Below are positions 25,557 to 37,972 of a DNA stretch of 64,000 bases, piece by piece (the stretch's first letter is position 1; each line of letters starts with the position of its first letter). Source of the stretch: Mobula birostris (Eukaryota); assembly GCF_030028105.1 (NCBI RefSeq), contig NC_092372.1, positions 103,048,687 through 103,112,686 of the forward strand, in the 5' to 3' direction. A program made the translations under genes and the position numbers. The notes under the pieces are model-generated. The model was given only the letters and a program-made list of their open reading frames with translations, searched no databases and was not told the origin of the DNA.

Positions 25557-27257
25557 ATGGACAGAACAGCCACTGTAACCATCCTCATCCTCCTTCTGTG
25601 TGCCATTGCTGCACAGGGTACGTTGAGATATCTGAACTGGAGTTTTATTCAAGTGATGTACCTATTTTGTGGTTCTTGCATTGTTTACAATGTAGAAAGC
25701 AATTAAAGTGGTGAATATTTAAATCTCTGTAACTGTAAATTGCATCAGCATCAGATTTATATAAGATTAATTCATGCAGCTTTCCTGCAACATTTGAGAG
25801 TGAGATGTGCAAGCTCCTGTCTGGTGATGCTTTGATGAAGCAAAAACACTGAGGGAGTATCAGCAAGTTTTACAGGCTTTGTTCTCCTTGAAGCAACAAT
25901 GAAATCTGAGTGAATATAATCTTTCCTCAGGTGTTCCGATCCCAGGAGCACAAGGACGGTGCCACTGCATTCAGACCAGCTTTGATGTTATTCATCCGAG
26001 GTCCATCAGGAGCTTGAAATACATTCCCAAAGGATCCCACTGTGAGAGAGCAGAGATAATGTGAGTAAAGCAGCCAGATTATCAACTTTAACTTCATTCC
26101 TTTTCTGATGTTTATTTCATAAACTGTGCACTTCAAGAGAAGACAAACTGTTCTGTGAATTAAATTTTGAATGATACTGTCTTTTCGCAGTGTCACCCTG
26201 AAAAATGAGACAAAAGTGTGTGTGGATCCTGATGCCAGGTGGTTGCAGGCTCTCATAACAGCCATGAAAGGTCAGTGTTTGGTGCTTGTCAAAATTTTAC
26301 TCTTAAGCTGCTAAGTAACGTAGATGTAAAGAATTGTTTTTGCTGTGTGACTCTGGCCCTTCATAGTGGAGGGAGCTGTCTGCTCCTCACTGTCATTCCA
26401 GCCGTAACCTGGAATGACAGCAAACTCATTCGCCATGTTTGCTGTCAGAGCTGAGCCTCTCACATTATTAATGTTCCTTGGAACTGTGGTAGGGACCAGG
26501 AAGTAGAGATTGGGTCACCATGAAGCTATTAATTGCAGAACTGATGTCTGATACTGTTTATCACACCTTTTAATTCCAGCTGAGATTAATGAATGAAGAA
26601 TGATTTATCGTCTAACCAGTGATGTTTAGAATAAAATATTAAATAATGATTTTCACCATTGTTTGCAGCCATAGAATAGGGGCAGTTGGGTGAATAAATT
26701 ATTGGGGTGGCAGTTGCACAGAATGCTTTGTCCTGGATGGTCTCCAGCATCTTGGTGTTGGAGCTACAGACAGTGTTTACTCTCTAGAACAGGGGTTCCC
26801 AACATGGGGTCCTTGGATCCCTTGATTAATTATGGTGTTCACTCTCTAGAATAGGAGTTCACAACACAGTGTCCACAGTATAAAAAAGGTGGGAAGGCCT
26901 GCTCTAGAATTTTTCCTTGTAAAGAGATGATAAGATGGTAAATGGGTGCCAGAAAGTGATCCAACTCAGATCAACACCGATGAACTGTTGTTGCCAGGGA
27001 AGTTAGCAATGATACATTATATGCCTGCATGGTGTAACTTTGTGAGAAGGTAGAAATGAACTTGAACACAGTACAATGCATTTTGGTTTATACCTTTTAC
27101 AATATCAATGAGGTATGAGCAAGTTTCCAAGGCATCTTTTTGTGGAAAGTCAGTTTGAAAACCCTTTTAATTCTGTTGCTTGAGATACAATATGCTGAAA
27201 ATCTGTGGGTAATGATACAAATTATTCAATTATTTTACAGGTGGGAAACAACACTAA
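25557..27257 (+). CDS. C-X-C motif chemokine, ELR-negative (CXCL9/10/11-like, some IL-8-like features), copy A; 4 exons: 25557-25617, 25931-26060, 26191-26270, 27241-27257; 95 aa
   Basis: Manual splicing with GT-AG introns (phases 1,2,1) gives MDRTATVTILILLLCAIAAQGVPIPGAQGRCHCIQTSFDVIHPRSIRSLKYIPKGSHCERAEIIVTLKNETKVCVDPDARWLQALITAMKGGKQH*. It has a signal peptide, C-H-C plus two more Cys, and the EIIVTLK and CVDP..W chemokine motifs. Exon 4 is the least certain. Confidence 0.93.
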
Positions 27258-28122
27258 TCAAAAAACTGAAACTGCAAAATGAAGGAATCAATTCCATCTC
27301 TGGATCATCCGATGGGGAATGATGGAAGCTCAGCCCTGGGTATTGACTCTGTGATATCACCATCCAGTGGTTCATTCCAGTGTCCTCTTCATTGTCTTCT
27401 GAGAGTGAGCTTGGAGTTCCTCCCTGTCACAGGACATTTTTTTACCTGGACACATGACCTGTTTGCATTTGAGGACACCATCTGATGTTTGTGTTACATT
27501 TTGTGCAAATCATAGGGTTCTTGTGCAATTTATGATAATTAAAGTAGATTCTGAACCTGTGACCTTGTGGAAAAGTGTAAATGAGTCTGGAGTCATTTGC
27601 TAAAACTTAATATTAGCTATCGGGTTGGGAGATAATGGTGGTATTAAACTAGGATGGTGGATGAATCTCCATGACTACAGAGTTAAAATGATCTCAGTCC
27701 GCAAGGGAAGCCAGTGATGGGTGGTGGACTGTGCTCTCTGCCATCCCTGAAATTAAAGCAGGAGGACCCATGGGATTGTGTACAGCAATTCCCACTCCTA
27801 CCTTCCCCTTTCCTGCTTAAATTCTGTTCGGAAATGGTGATATACTGATGGAAGTACATTGGACCAAATGTGTTCTAATTTGAATGAAACATTCTTCTAT
27901 AGAAATAACAATAAAAATGTCTGAAATCACCTTGTGCCTTTTTACTGCAATGTTTTTGACAGTTGATATTTTCATGAAAATATGGTGTTTTCTTTGTAAA
28001 GTGTCAGATTTTAGAATCTATCTAAAATCTGTTGAAGTAAATTCTCCACTGATGTAATTTTTATGTAAAATATCTACATTTTAGAAGATAGTGCTGTTAA
28101 TAGTCTGATAATCACTGGATGA

Positions 28123-28147
28123 AATAAAAGTTTTAAGTAAGAATAAA
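28123..28147 (+). terminator. Candidate polyadenylation signals of copy A (two AATAAA), conserved in copies B, C and D
   Basis: AATAAA at 28123 and 28142, ~870 nt after the stop, following an AT-rich 3' UTR. Confidence 0.45.
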
Positions 28148-28834
28148 CTTTATATGTGGATGGAAATATTTTGTCTTGAGGGAACTTTTACTGACTGGAT
28201 TCAGTTTATTATCCATCAAAGCTGGACTTTTGTTATATGTGAATGAATTTGTTGAACATTCCTCAAATGTATCTAAGAAATTAAAATAAATTGTATTTCT
28301 AAAAAAAAATTTGTTGTCAGTAGATGGTCCTGTGTTCGTTCATTTAATAAATGAACTATTTAACGAATGAAGAGCAATGGGTCCTCGGCCAAATCTGTAC
28401 AATGGCTGTGGGGAATTTTAGCGGGTTTCAAAACTTTCAGCTTAAATTTAATGTTTTGTATTTGGAGAATTAAGATAATGGGTGATATTTTCAAGGGATA
28501 ATTAACATAAGCACAATGTACAATGTATATAGTTCTATATAGTTGAGGTTAAGTTTGCCTCATGACACTTTCAATATTTGCATGCAATGCCTGAAATGCC
28601 GGTAAGTTGAAATCGCTGAACCCATCCTTGGTTAAAACACGCTGAGATAGTTGTGACATTTAGTTAACTGCACAGATGAAGGGCACAGATTAGTACAATG
28701 TTACTGAATTGGTGAATCGTTGAGAAAGCCAGAAGATTCTTTGTCAGGGCAATTGACATACCTGTCATTGTAACTTAACACAGACGAGCTGGATCTGCAG
28801 TGCAATTAACATCAGACCAGACTCTGAAATTTTG

Positions 28835-30090
28835 GGCTTTAATAATTATAAGGTAGCCAGGAGGAGATTAAGACTGGATTTTGGAGAGCTAGAAAAGGAC
28901 ATGAGAAGGCCTTGGTGAGTAAGATTAAGGAAAACATCAGCTCATTCTTCATGTACTTTATGTGAAGAACCAGAGGATGATTAGCTTGAGTTAGGACCAT
29001 CAGGGATAAAAATGGAAACATTCTTTTATTGGAAGGATTAGGGTAGGTCCTCAATGAATGCTTTGTTTCACCATTCACCAGCGGGAGCAGATGGAGCATA
29101 TTCTGCCTGCAGGTTGGTATCCAGAGGTGTTTCACAGTGATCTGTTATGAGAGCCTTGTTCTTTGTGATATTTATAAATGACTTGGCTGGTTCAGTAAGT
29201 TTCTAGATGTTGCAAGGGTTGGTGATGTTGTGGATAGTGTGGTAGATTGTCGTAGGTTATAATGGGAAACTGAAGGATGCATAAGTGGGAGATGGAGTTT
29301 GATCTGGAAAAGTGTGATGTGATACACTTTGTGAGTTTGAACTTGAAGGCCAGGTACAGGGTTAATGGCAGAATTTGTAGCAGTGTGGAGGAACAAAGAG
29401 ATTGTGGGGACCATGTATGTATATCTTTCAAAGATGATGTGCAGATTGATAAAGTGTTTGAGAACGCCATGATGTTTTGCCTCTCAGAAGCTGAGTAACA
29501 GAGTTGAAGAGTTACAAGATAATTTTGCATTTCTGGACAACTCTGATTAGACCATACTTAAAATATTGTGCTCATTTCTGATTGCCTCATTGTAGTGAGG
29601 ACGGGGAAGCTTCAGAGAGGTTGCAGAGGAGATGGGCTGGATTAGACATCATGTATTATGAGGAAAGGTTGAGCAGGCTTGGGTTTTCCTCTTTGGAAGT
29701 AGGAGGGCGAGAATTGACTTTACAGCAGTGTAAACAATGGTGAGAGACATTAACAGAGTGAACATTCAGTGCCCTTTTCCCAGGAAGTAAATGATATACA
29801 AAGTATATGAGAGGACTTAATTTTAAGGTGATTAGAGTAAAGTATAGGTTAAGGTCAGAGCTACGTTTTTTGTACAGAGATTGGTGGCTGCATGAAACGA
29901 GATGTCAGGGTGGTGTTGAAGGCAGATACGTTAAAGATATTAATGATTGGCACGTGGATGGAAGAAAAATGGAAGTCAATGTGTGAGGAAAGCACTGGAG
30001 TGATTCTGGAGGAAGTTAAAATGTCGACACAACATCATGAGCCAAATGGCTTGTATTGTGGTGTACTGTTATCTGTTCTATGTTCTATGT
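28835..30090 (+). mobile_element. Old CR1 relic carried within duplication unit A
   Basis: KWEMEFDLEKCDVIHF and a ttctatg-type tail; paralogous to 36235-38310, 44010-45880 and 59120-60990. Confidence 0.75.
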
Positions 30091-30259
30091 GAGAAAACTG
30101 AAGTTGGCATCAAGAATAGCTCAAGTGTCAAGATGGACCATTAAATGTTACATTTCTTCTTGCTAATTCACAGGTTATCACTAATTGTTAATCCCAACTG
30201 TCCCTTAAACTCAATGGCTCATTAACAGGAAGGTGGATAACAGGAAAAGGAATTAAACC

Positions 30260-30262
<3 letters not shown>

Positions 30263-30298
<36 letters not shown>
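30263..30298. repeat. (TG)n microsatellite
   Basis: Direct read; it continues at 31162-31178 after the LTR. Confidence 0.95.
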
Positions 30299-30300
<2 letters not shown>

Positions 30301-31157
30301 TGTTACGTAACCCGTAACTGGGTTGCCAAACCATCAGAAATGGATCACTCAGTTGGAGTCTGGATTACTAGAACTAAGAAAGTTTTATTAAAGAAACAAG
30401 CAACACAGTCCTCTAATCAAAAGGATAATAAATGCAACAGTTCAGCAATGATAAACATACATGTACACAGAATTCAGATAACAGGATCAATCAAGCTCTA
30501 TCGTTGTCTAGGGGTAAATGACCAGTTTCAAAGTGACGCAAAGTTCAGTTTAGTTCGCAGTAATCGCTGCCGTGGCGATGGACAGTGGGGGCGGAAGGAG
30601 AGAGAGAGCAAAAACGAATGAATATTCAAAACGGCTTCCACACAGACCTTCGTAGTCAGCTTTCAGGCGAGCCCTTTGTGATGTCATCTGAGGTCACCGA
30701 CCGTGACCCCTCCGTTTCCAGATACGATCGTTTCCCTGCGGTGAACCCGGCACCCAGGCAAGGGTGGACACACACCAGGTTCCCACCGATCGTGCCTTTC
30801 CACCCTGAGTGTCTATGGCTTGATCCCGTGACCAGCCATCCAAAAGCTTCCCACCGACTTGTGAGAGGCGCACCGCTTCCAGGGTCTCATTACGTCCGGT
30901 GTCGTGTGTGTGTCCTGCCTTAACGAACCTGTCTCTTTTTATCCCCCTGCTGGGGTATCGCCTGTCCATCACTTCAAACAGTTCAGGGTTCAAAGGGGGA
31001 GCCGATCTTGACAGCTCTCCTTCCCCTTCATTACATACGCTGCCCCATTGTTTTCCTTATCTCTCTCTCTCCTGAAGATTGGTGGCAGACCAACTGCTGA
31101 TCCCACTGATGCCAGCACAGGACAGCTACATCTTAATCTATGTGTATTCTTGTCACA
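30301..31157 (-). mobile_element. Solo LTR inserted in a (TG)n microsatellite
   Basis: TGT...ACA termini, 4-bp TSD GTAT on both sides, AATAAA on the minus strand near 30385. Confidence 0.75.
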
Positions 31158-32760
31158 GTATGCGTGTGTGTGTGTGTGCCCACGTGTGGAAACATACTTG
31201 ATCATATTGTGTTTGAACACCTTCCCTCTTACGTGTGAGCATTAATTCCTGTGTGGAAAAACTCACTTTGTAGTTGTCCCCCTTCGCACTATATCAAGAA
31301 CTTGCTGTGTGAAGCCCATGTGCTAGCTGATGTTCAATTGCTAATTCACTTGAATTAGACTGTGTACACCAATAGACAGGATTGTAAGAGCCTGCAGAGG
31401 TCGTTGTTTCAGCCTGGCCCATCACGGGCATCTGCCCACCCACCATTGAGAACACCTTCTAAATACGTTTTGTCCAGGATACAGAGTCTATCATTCAGGA
31501 TGTCCAACATTAGTGGCGTGACCTCTTCTTCTGACTATAATCAGGGAGGAGGCATAGGAACCTAAAGATAAACTCTCAGTGTTTTAGAGCACCTTCTTCC
31601 CCTCCACCATCAGATTTCTGAATGGTCCGTGAATTGTTCCTGGGCACAAGGGTCTGGAATATTAATGTATTGATGTGGCCTAGATACAAAAGTGTCTCTT
31701 CATTCAGGCTCAACCGTATATGGGATGTCCTTACCTACCTAAACCACTGCCAGTAGCCATCAACCCCAAACTGAGTGTGTACCTGGTATCCGGAGTGGGA
31801 ACCTGAAAGAATAATGCCTCTGTTTACTCCAATGTGCTTGCAACATGGCTGATCTGGGAATAGTCTTTTTGTTTGTTCTGATATATTTCAAATGATAAGA
31901 CTTCAATGTATAGAACATCATGAAGTATCAAACAAGCTGACTTCTTGGAAATCACGTGGCCTCACAAACACGGGCTGCAATCTGTGCTGCAGTTCCAAAA
32001 TTCACTGATGTTTGTATTTTCCCCAGGGGGAGGAGTCAACACGGCTCCAAGCTCCACAATTCATCAATCCGGGAACTAGAACTTGAAGCAGCTCCAGAAA
32101 GCCCTGAAGCTGATGTTTCATCACTCTTGGACAATGAGCACAATGAACACTTGTTGCTGCAGCAAATATTCCAGCAAAAGCCTTATTACAGCACATAATA
32201 ATCTGGTCAGATCTTGCAATATTGTCCAATTTGTCCCACACCTGTTCTCCACACAAATATTTTTGCTCAAATATAAACCCACTATCTATACATAATATAT
32301 CCTATCACTCGTGTGTGGGACTGATAGAGACATTGGGGAAGTGTTAAATAAATTCCAGAGAATAATTGAGAATAATACTTGTGATTTAAAAGTTTAATTG
32401 AGTAAGCTTATTCAATGGTAGTTATCAAAGGATATAGCATGTTTCAGAGACCAGGCTCTATCCTATAAGTCCTAAAAGTTCACATCTGCACAAAACTGCC
32501 TGACTTGCTGAGTTCCTTCAGTATTTTGTGTGTGCTTTTGTGAATGTTATAATGTAGTTGTCATCAGGTATAGAATGGCTTGAAGACTAGACATCATTCT
32601 ATACAGTAAAGACTGCATATCCTGAAGGTATAAGTCAACACATCCTTAAGACTCCTGGAGCTGAAAAACAGCAGCTTCAGCATTGCAATAAGCATATCTG
32701 TGAACTGAGTATGATTTGGGATCCCCGAAAACTTTAATCTCAGTGCTGAGGTGTGCAGGG

Positions 32761-35450
32761 TGTGGTAAACCATATATATGTTGTAACTGGGTTAACTGTC
32801 TGGACACGCCCCTCTGCTGACTGCTCCTGTGGCTCCTCCCACAAATCCCTGAATAAAGGTGATTTTGCCTTGCCCCTCCCCCTCAGCCTGGGGGCAGACA
32901 CTCAGCATGGAAGTTGTATTTTACTGCGAGTAAGACTTTCAGAGCCACCTGAAAAGCATGAGAATGGAGTATGATGGGCCCCTCCCACCAATCACTGTCG
33001 TAAATCCCCAGTTTTGTAGGGATATGTCACGTACCCCGCTACTGACCACATACACACACCGACCCGCGCATCCCACCCAACACCATGCCAACTGCTGCAC
33101 TACGGACGCCACTTGCGGCCTCTCCACCCTCAGGATCCCTCCCCCACCGCTGTTCGCCAACCTGACCCCCGACTGTAAACCTGTGGCAACTAAAAGCAGG
33201 AGGTACAGCGCGGGGGACAGAGCCTTCATTAAGTCAGAGGTGCAGCGGCTGCTCAGGGAGGGGGTCATTGAGACAAGCACAAGTCCTTGGAGGGCGCAGA
33301 TGGTGGTTGTTCGGAACGGGGAGAAAAGTAGGATGGTTGTGGACTATAGCCAAACCATCAATAGGTTCATGCAGCTCGACACGTACCCTCTACCCCGCAT
33401 CACGGATATGGTCAATCAGATAGCACAGTACAAGGTGTACTCGACTATAGACCTAAAATCCGCTTACCATCAGCTCCCCATCCGCCGGGAGGACCGCCCT
33501 TACACCGCCTTTAAGGCAGACGGCAGGCTTTATCACTTCCTGCGCATCCCCTTCGGTGTCACAAATGGTGTATCTGTCTTCCAGAGGGAAATGGACCGGA
33601 TGGTGGACCAGTGCCAACTGAAAGCCACGTTCCCATATCTGGATAACATCACCATCTGCGGTCACGACTGGCAGGATCACAACAACAACCTCCGAAAATT
33701 TCTCCAAGCGGCCAAATCTTTCAACCTCACCTATAACAAGGACAAGTGTGTGTTTGGGCCCACTCAACTTGCTATCCTTGGGTGTGTCCTGGAGAACAGA
33801 GTCATTGGCCCTGACCCTGACCGTATGCGTCCCCTGTTGGAACTCCCTCTTCCCAACTCTCCCTCTTCCTCAGAGCCCTCAAAAGGTGCCTGGGCTTCTT
33901 TTCATATTACGCTCAATGGGTCTGGGTCTCTAACTACGCAGACAAGGCCTGCCCCCAGTCAAGTCCACCACATTCCCCCTCTCAGCCGAGGCCCGTGCGG
34001 CCTTCAGCCGCATAAAAGGGGACATTGCCAAAGCAGCAATGCATGCGGTGGGTGCCTTCCAAGTAGAGAGTGACGCCTCCGACTTTGCGCTGGCTGCTAC
34101 CCTCAACCAGGCAGGAAGACCGGTGGCGTTCTTCTCCCGTACCCTTCAAGGCCCTGAAATTCGACACTCCGCAGTGGAGAAAGAGGCCCAGGCCATAGTG
34201 GAAGCTATTAGGCACTGGAGGCACTATCTTGCCGGCAAAAAGTTCACCCTGCTAACTGACCTGTGCTCAGTCGCATTCATGTTTAATAACCAACAGCGGG
34301 GCAAAATCAAAAATGATAAAATTCTGAGGTGGAGAATCGAACTCTCCACCTTCAACTATGGCATCATGTACAGGCCTGGGAAGCTCAACGAGCCCTCCGA
34401 TGACCTATCCCGGGGAACATGCGCCAGCGCGCAGATCGACTGGCTATACGCCCTACATGTAGACCTCTGCCACCCGGGAGTCACCCGGCTTTTCCACTTC
34501 GTGAAAGCTCGGAACCTGCCTTACTCCCTTGAGGAGATCAGGACGATGGCCAGGGACTGCCAAGTCTGCGCAGAGTGCAAACCGCACTTCTACTGATCCG
34601 AAAAGGCACAACTCATCAAGGCCACCCGCCCCTTTGAGTGACTGACTGTTGACTTTAAGGGCCCCCTTCCCTCCACCAACCGCAATGTGTACTTTCTTAA
34701 CATTATCGACGAGTACTCGTGGTTCCCCTTCGCCATCCCCTGCCCCGACACCACTACCACATCAGTTATAAAAGCCCTGCGCAAGCTCTTCACTCTGTTC
34801 GGATACCCATGCTATATCCACAGTGACAGAGGGTCCTCGTTTATGAGTGACGAGCTGCGCCAATACCTACTGGCTAGGGGATTTGCAAAGAGTAGGAACA
34901 CGAGCTATAATCCCTGGAGGAATGGACAGGTGGAGAAGGAGAATGGCACGGTGTGGAAAGCCACACTCTTAGCCCTCAGGTCAAAGGGACTGCCGGTCTC
35001 CCGCTGGTAGGAGGTCCTTCCTGAGGCACTCCACTCCATCCGCTCCCTGTTATGCATAGCCACCAATGCCACCCCTCATGAGTGGCTCTTTTCTTTTCCC
35101 AGAAAATCGAACACTGGAACCACCCTACCAACTTGGCTGATGTCCCTGGGGCCAGTGCTGCTCCGGAAACATGCGAGGAGCAATAAATACTCCCCGATGG
35201 TTGGGAGGGTTCACTTACTTCATGCGAACCCCCAGTATGCCTATGTGGTTTTACCTGATGGGCGGGAGGACACGGTCTCCATCTGCGACCTGGCGCCCGC
35301 AGGAGCACCGGACCCCTACCCTGAACACTCCATGGTGGCTATTAACCCCATATCCACCGATATATATACCCACCAGACACTGCGCACTCCAAGGCCTACA
35401 CAAACACCACACAACACTCCCATACTGGGTGCGACACACACGCATGAGGG
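32761..35450 (+). mobile_element. Ty3/Gypsy LTR retrotransposon, truncated (partial 5' LTR, RT, RNase H, integrase)
   Basis: Starts TGTGG. RT motifs SPWRAQ, VDYS, IDLKSAYHQ, PFGVTNG, YLDN; RNase H ESDASD..EKEA; integrase HHCC and HSDRG...GQVE. gag and the 3' LTR are missing. Confidence 0.92.
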
Positions 35451-35538
35451 ATTATTCAATTATTTTACAGGTGGGAAACAACACTAATCTAAAAATTGAA
35501 GCTGCAAAATGAAGGAATCAATTCCATCTCTGGATTAT
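35451..35538 (+). pseudogene. Orphan remnant of a fifth chemokine copy (end of intron 3, exon 4 at 35471-35487, start of 3' UTR)
   Basis: attattcaattattttacag|GTGGGAAACAACACTAA matches copy A 27221-27257. Promoter and exons 1-3 are absent and Gypsy sequence lies directly upstream. Confidence 0.85.
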
Positions 35539-36936
35539 ATGTGGATGGAAATATTTTGTCTCGAGGGAACTTTTACTGACGGGATTCATTTTATCATCCA
35601 TCAAAACTGGACTTTTGAAATATGTAAATGAGTTTGTTGAACATTCCTCAAATGTATTTAAGAAGTTAAAAACAATTGTATTTCTAAAAAGAATTTGTTG
35701 TCAGTGGTTCTGAATCTTCAGTATATGGTCCTGTGTTTGTTCATTTAATAAATGAACTAAGTAAAGAATGAAGAGCAATGAGTCCTTGGACAAATCTGCA
35801 CAATGGTTGTGGGGAATTTTAGCGGTTTTAAAAATTTCAGTTTAAAATTAATGTCTTGTATTAGAAGAATTAAGATAATGGGTGATATTTTCAAGGGATA
35901 ATTATCATAAGCACAATGTACAATGTATATAGTTCTATATAGTTGAGCTCAAGTTTGCCTCATGACACTTTAAATATTTGCATACAATGCCTGAAATGCC
36001 GGTAATCTGAAATCGCTGAACCCATCCTTGGTTAAAGCCCGCTGAGATAGTTGTGTCATTTAGTCAACTGCACAGATGAAGGGCACAGATTAGTACAATG
36101 TTACTGAATTGTTGAATCGTTGAGACAGAAGATTCTTTGTCAGGGCAATTGACATACCTGTCATTGTAACTTAACACAGGCAAGCCGGATCTGCAGTGCA
36201 ATTAACATCAGACCAGAAACTGAAATTTTGGGCTTTAAGAATTATAAAGTAGCCAGGAGGAGATTAAGACTGGATTTTGGAGAGCTATGAAAGGACATGA
36301 GAAGGCCTTGGTGAGTAAGATTAAGGAAAACATCAGCGCATTCTACAAGTACTGTATGTGAAGAACCAGAGGATGATTAGCTTGAGTTAGGACCATCAGG
36401 GATAAAAATGGAAACATTCTTTTATTTGAAGGATTAGGGGAGGTCCTCAATGAATACTTTGTTTCACCATTCACCAACGGGAGGGAACTTCACAAATGTG
36501 AGGTTACCATCGACATGTCGACATTAAGAAAGAGGATGTGTAGAACTCTTGAGAAACACTAGGATAGGTAATTCCCTGTGACTGAATGAGGTTAACCCTG
36601 GGTACTAAGAGAGCAAAAGAAGAGATTGCTGCACTTTTAGTGATGATCTTTGCATCCTTAGTAGTCACAAGAGTAGTACCAGAAGATTGGAGGTGGACAA
36701 ATATTATTTCTTTGTTCAAGTAAGGTAATTTGGATAAACCTCGGATTGGTAGACCAGTGAACCTTATGCCATTGGTGGGAAAATTATTAGAGAGGAGTCA
36801 TTGAGACAGGATTTACATTTGGAGAAGCATAGACTTGATCAGGGATAGTCAGTGTGAGTTTGCAAAGGACTGATCATGTCTCACAAGACTGATTGAATTC
36901 TGCAAGGAAATGACCAAACAATTTGATTAAGACAGA

Positions 36937-37972
36937 TCCCACCACTAAGCACTTCCGCCACCTCCAACGGGATCCCACCACTAAGCACTTCCACCACCTC
37001 CAACGGGATCCCACCACTAAGCACATCTTTCCTTCCCCCCGTCTCTCTGCATTCCGCAGGGATTGCTCCCTACGCAACTTCCTTGTCCATTCGTCCCCCC
37101 CCATCCCTCCCCACTGATCTCCCTCCTGGCATTTATCCATGTAAGCAGAACAAGTGCTACACATGCCCTTACACTTCCTCCCTTACCACCATTCAGGGCC
37201 CCAAACAGTCCTTCCAGGTGAAGCAACACTTCACCTGTGAGTCGGCTGGGATGATATGCTGTGTCCGGTGCTCCCGATGTGGCCTTTTATATATTGGCGA
37301 GACCTGACGCAGACTGGGAGACCGCTTTGTTGAACATCTACGCTCTGTCCGCCAGAGAAAGCAGGATCTCCCAGTGGCCACTCATTTTAATTCCACATCC
37401 CATTCCCATTCTGACATGTCTATCCATGGCCTCCTCTACTGTAAAGATGAAGCCACACTCAGGTTGGAGGAACAACACCTTATATTCCGTCTGGGCAGCC
37501 TCCAACCTGATGGCATGAACATTGACTTCTCTAACTTCTGCTAATGCCCCACCTCCCCCTCGTACCCCATCTGTTACTTATTTTTATACACACATTCTTT
37601 CTCTCACTCTCCTTTTTCTCCCTCTGTCCCTCTGAATATACCCCTTGCCCAGCCTCTGGGTCCCCCCCCACCCCTTGTCTTTCTTCCCGGACCTCCTGTC
37701 CCATGATCCTCTCGTATCCCTTTTGCCAATCACCTGTCCAGCTCTTGGCTCCATCCCTCCCCCTCCTGTCTTCTCCTATCATTTTGGATCTCCCCCTCCC
37801 CCTCCAACTTTCAAATCCCTTACTCACTCTTCCTTCAGCTAGTCCTGACGAAGGGTCTCAGCCCAAAACATCGACCGTACCTCTTCCTAGAGGTGCTGCC
37901 TGGCCTGCTGCATTCACCAGCAACTTTTATGTGTGTTGCTTGAATTTCCAGCATCTGCAGAATTCCTGTTGT
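36937..37972 (+). mobile_element. Penelope-like element 3' part (GIY-YIG endonuclease) inserted in the unit's CR1 relic
   Basis: C..C..C...HFTCES...C.RCGLLYIGET*RRLGDRFVEH; pyrimidine-rich tail; absent at the paralogous site ~44706. Confidence 0.85.

Noticed and set aside
25521-25706. ORF-track 61-aa ORF MNRRSV...VESN (also 40633 and 53203) as a standalone gene
   Set aside because: It starts at a non-ATG codon and is chemokine exon 1 plus read-through into intron 1; the true ATG is 25557.
25927-26454. Repeated ORFs overlapping the chemokine exons (e.g. MVAGSHNSHER..., MKCTVYEINIRK...)
   Set aside because: Alternative-frame or antisense shadows, repeated only because the DNA is recently duplicated.
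25557-27257. Assigning a specific symbol (CXCL8, CXCL10 or CXCL11)
   Set aside because: Features are mixed and there is no ELR motif; orthology needs phylogeny and synteny.
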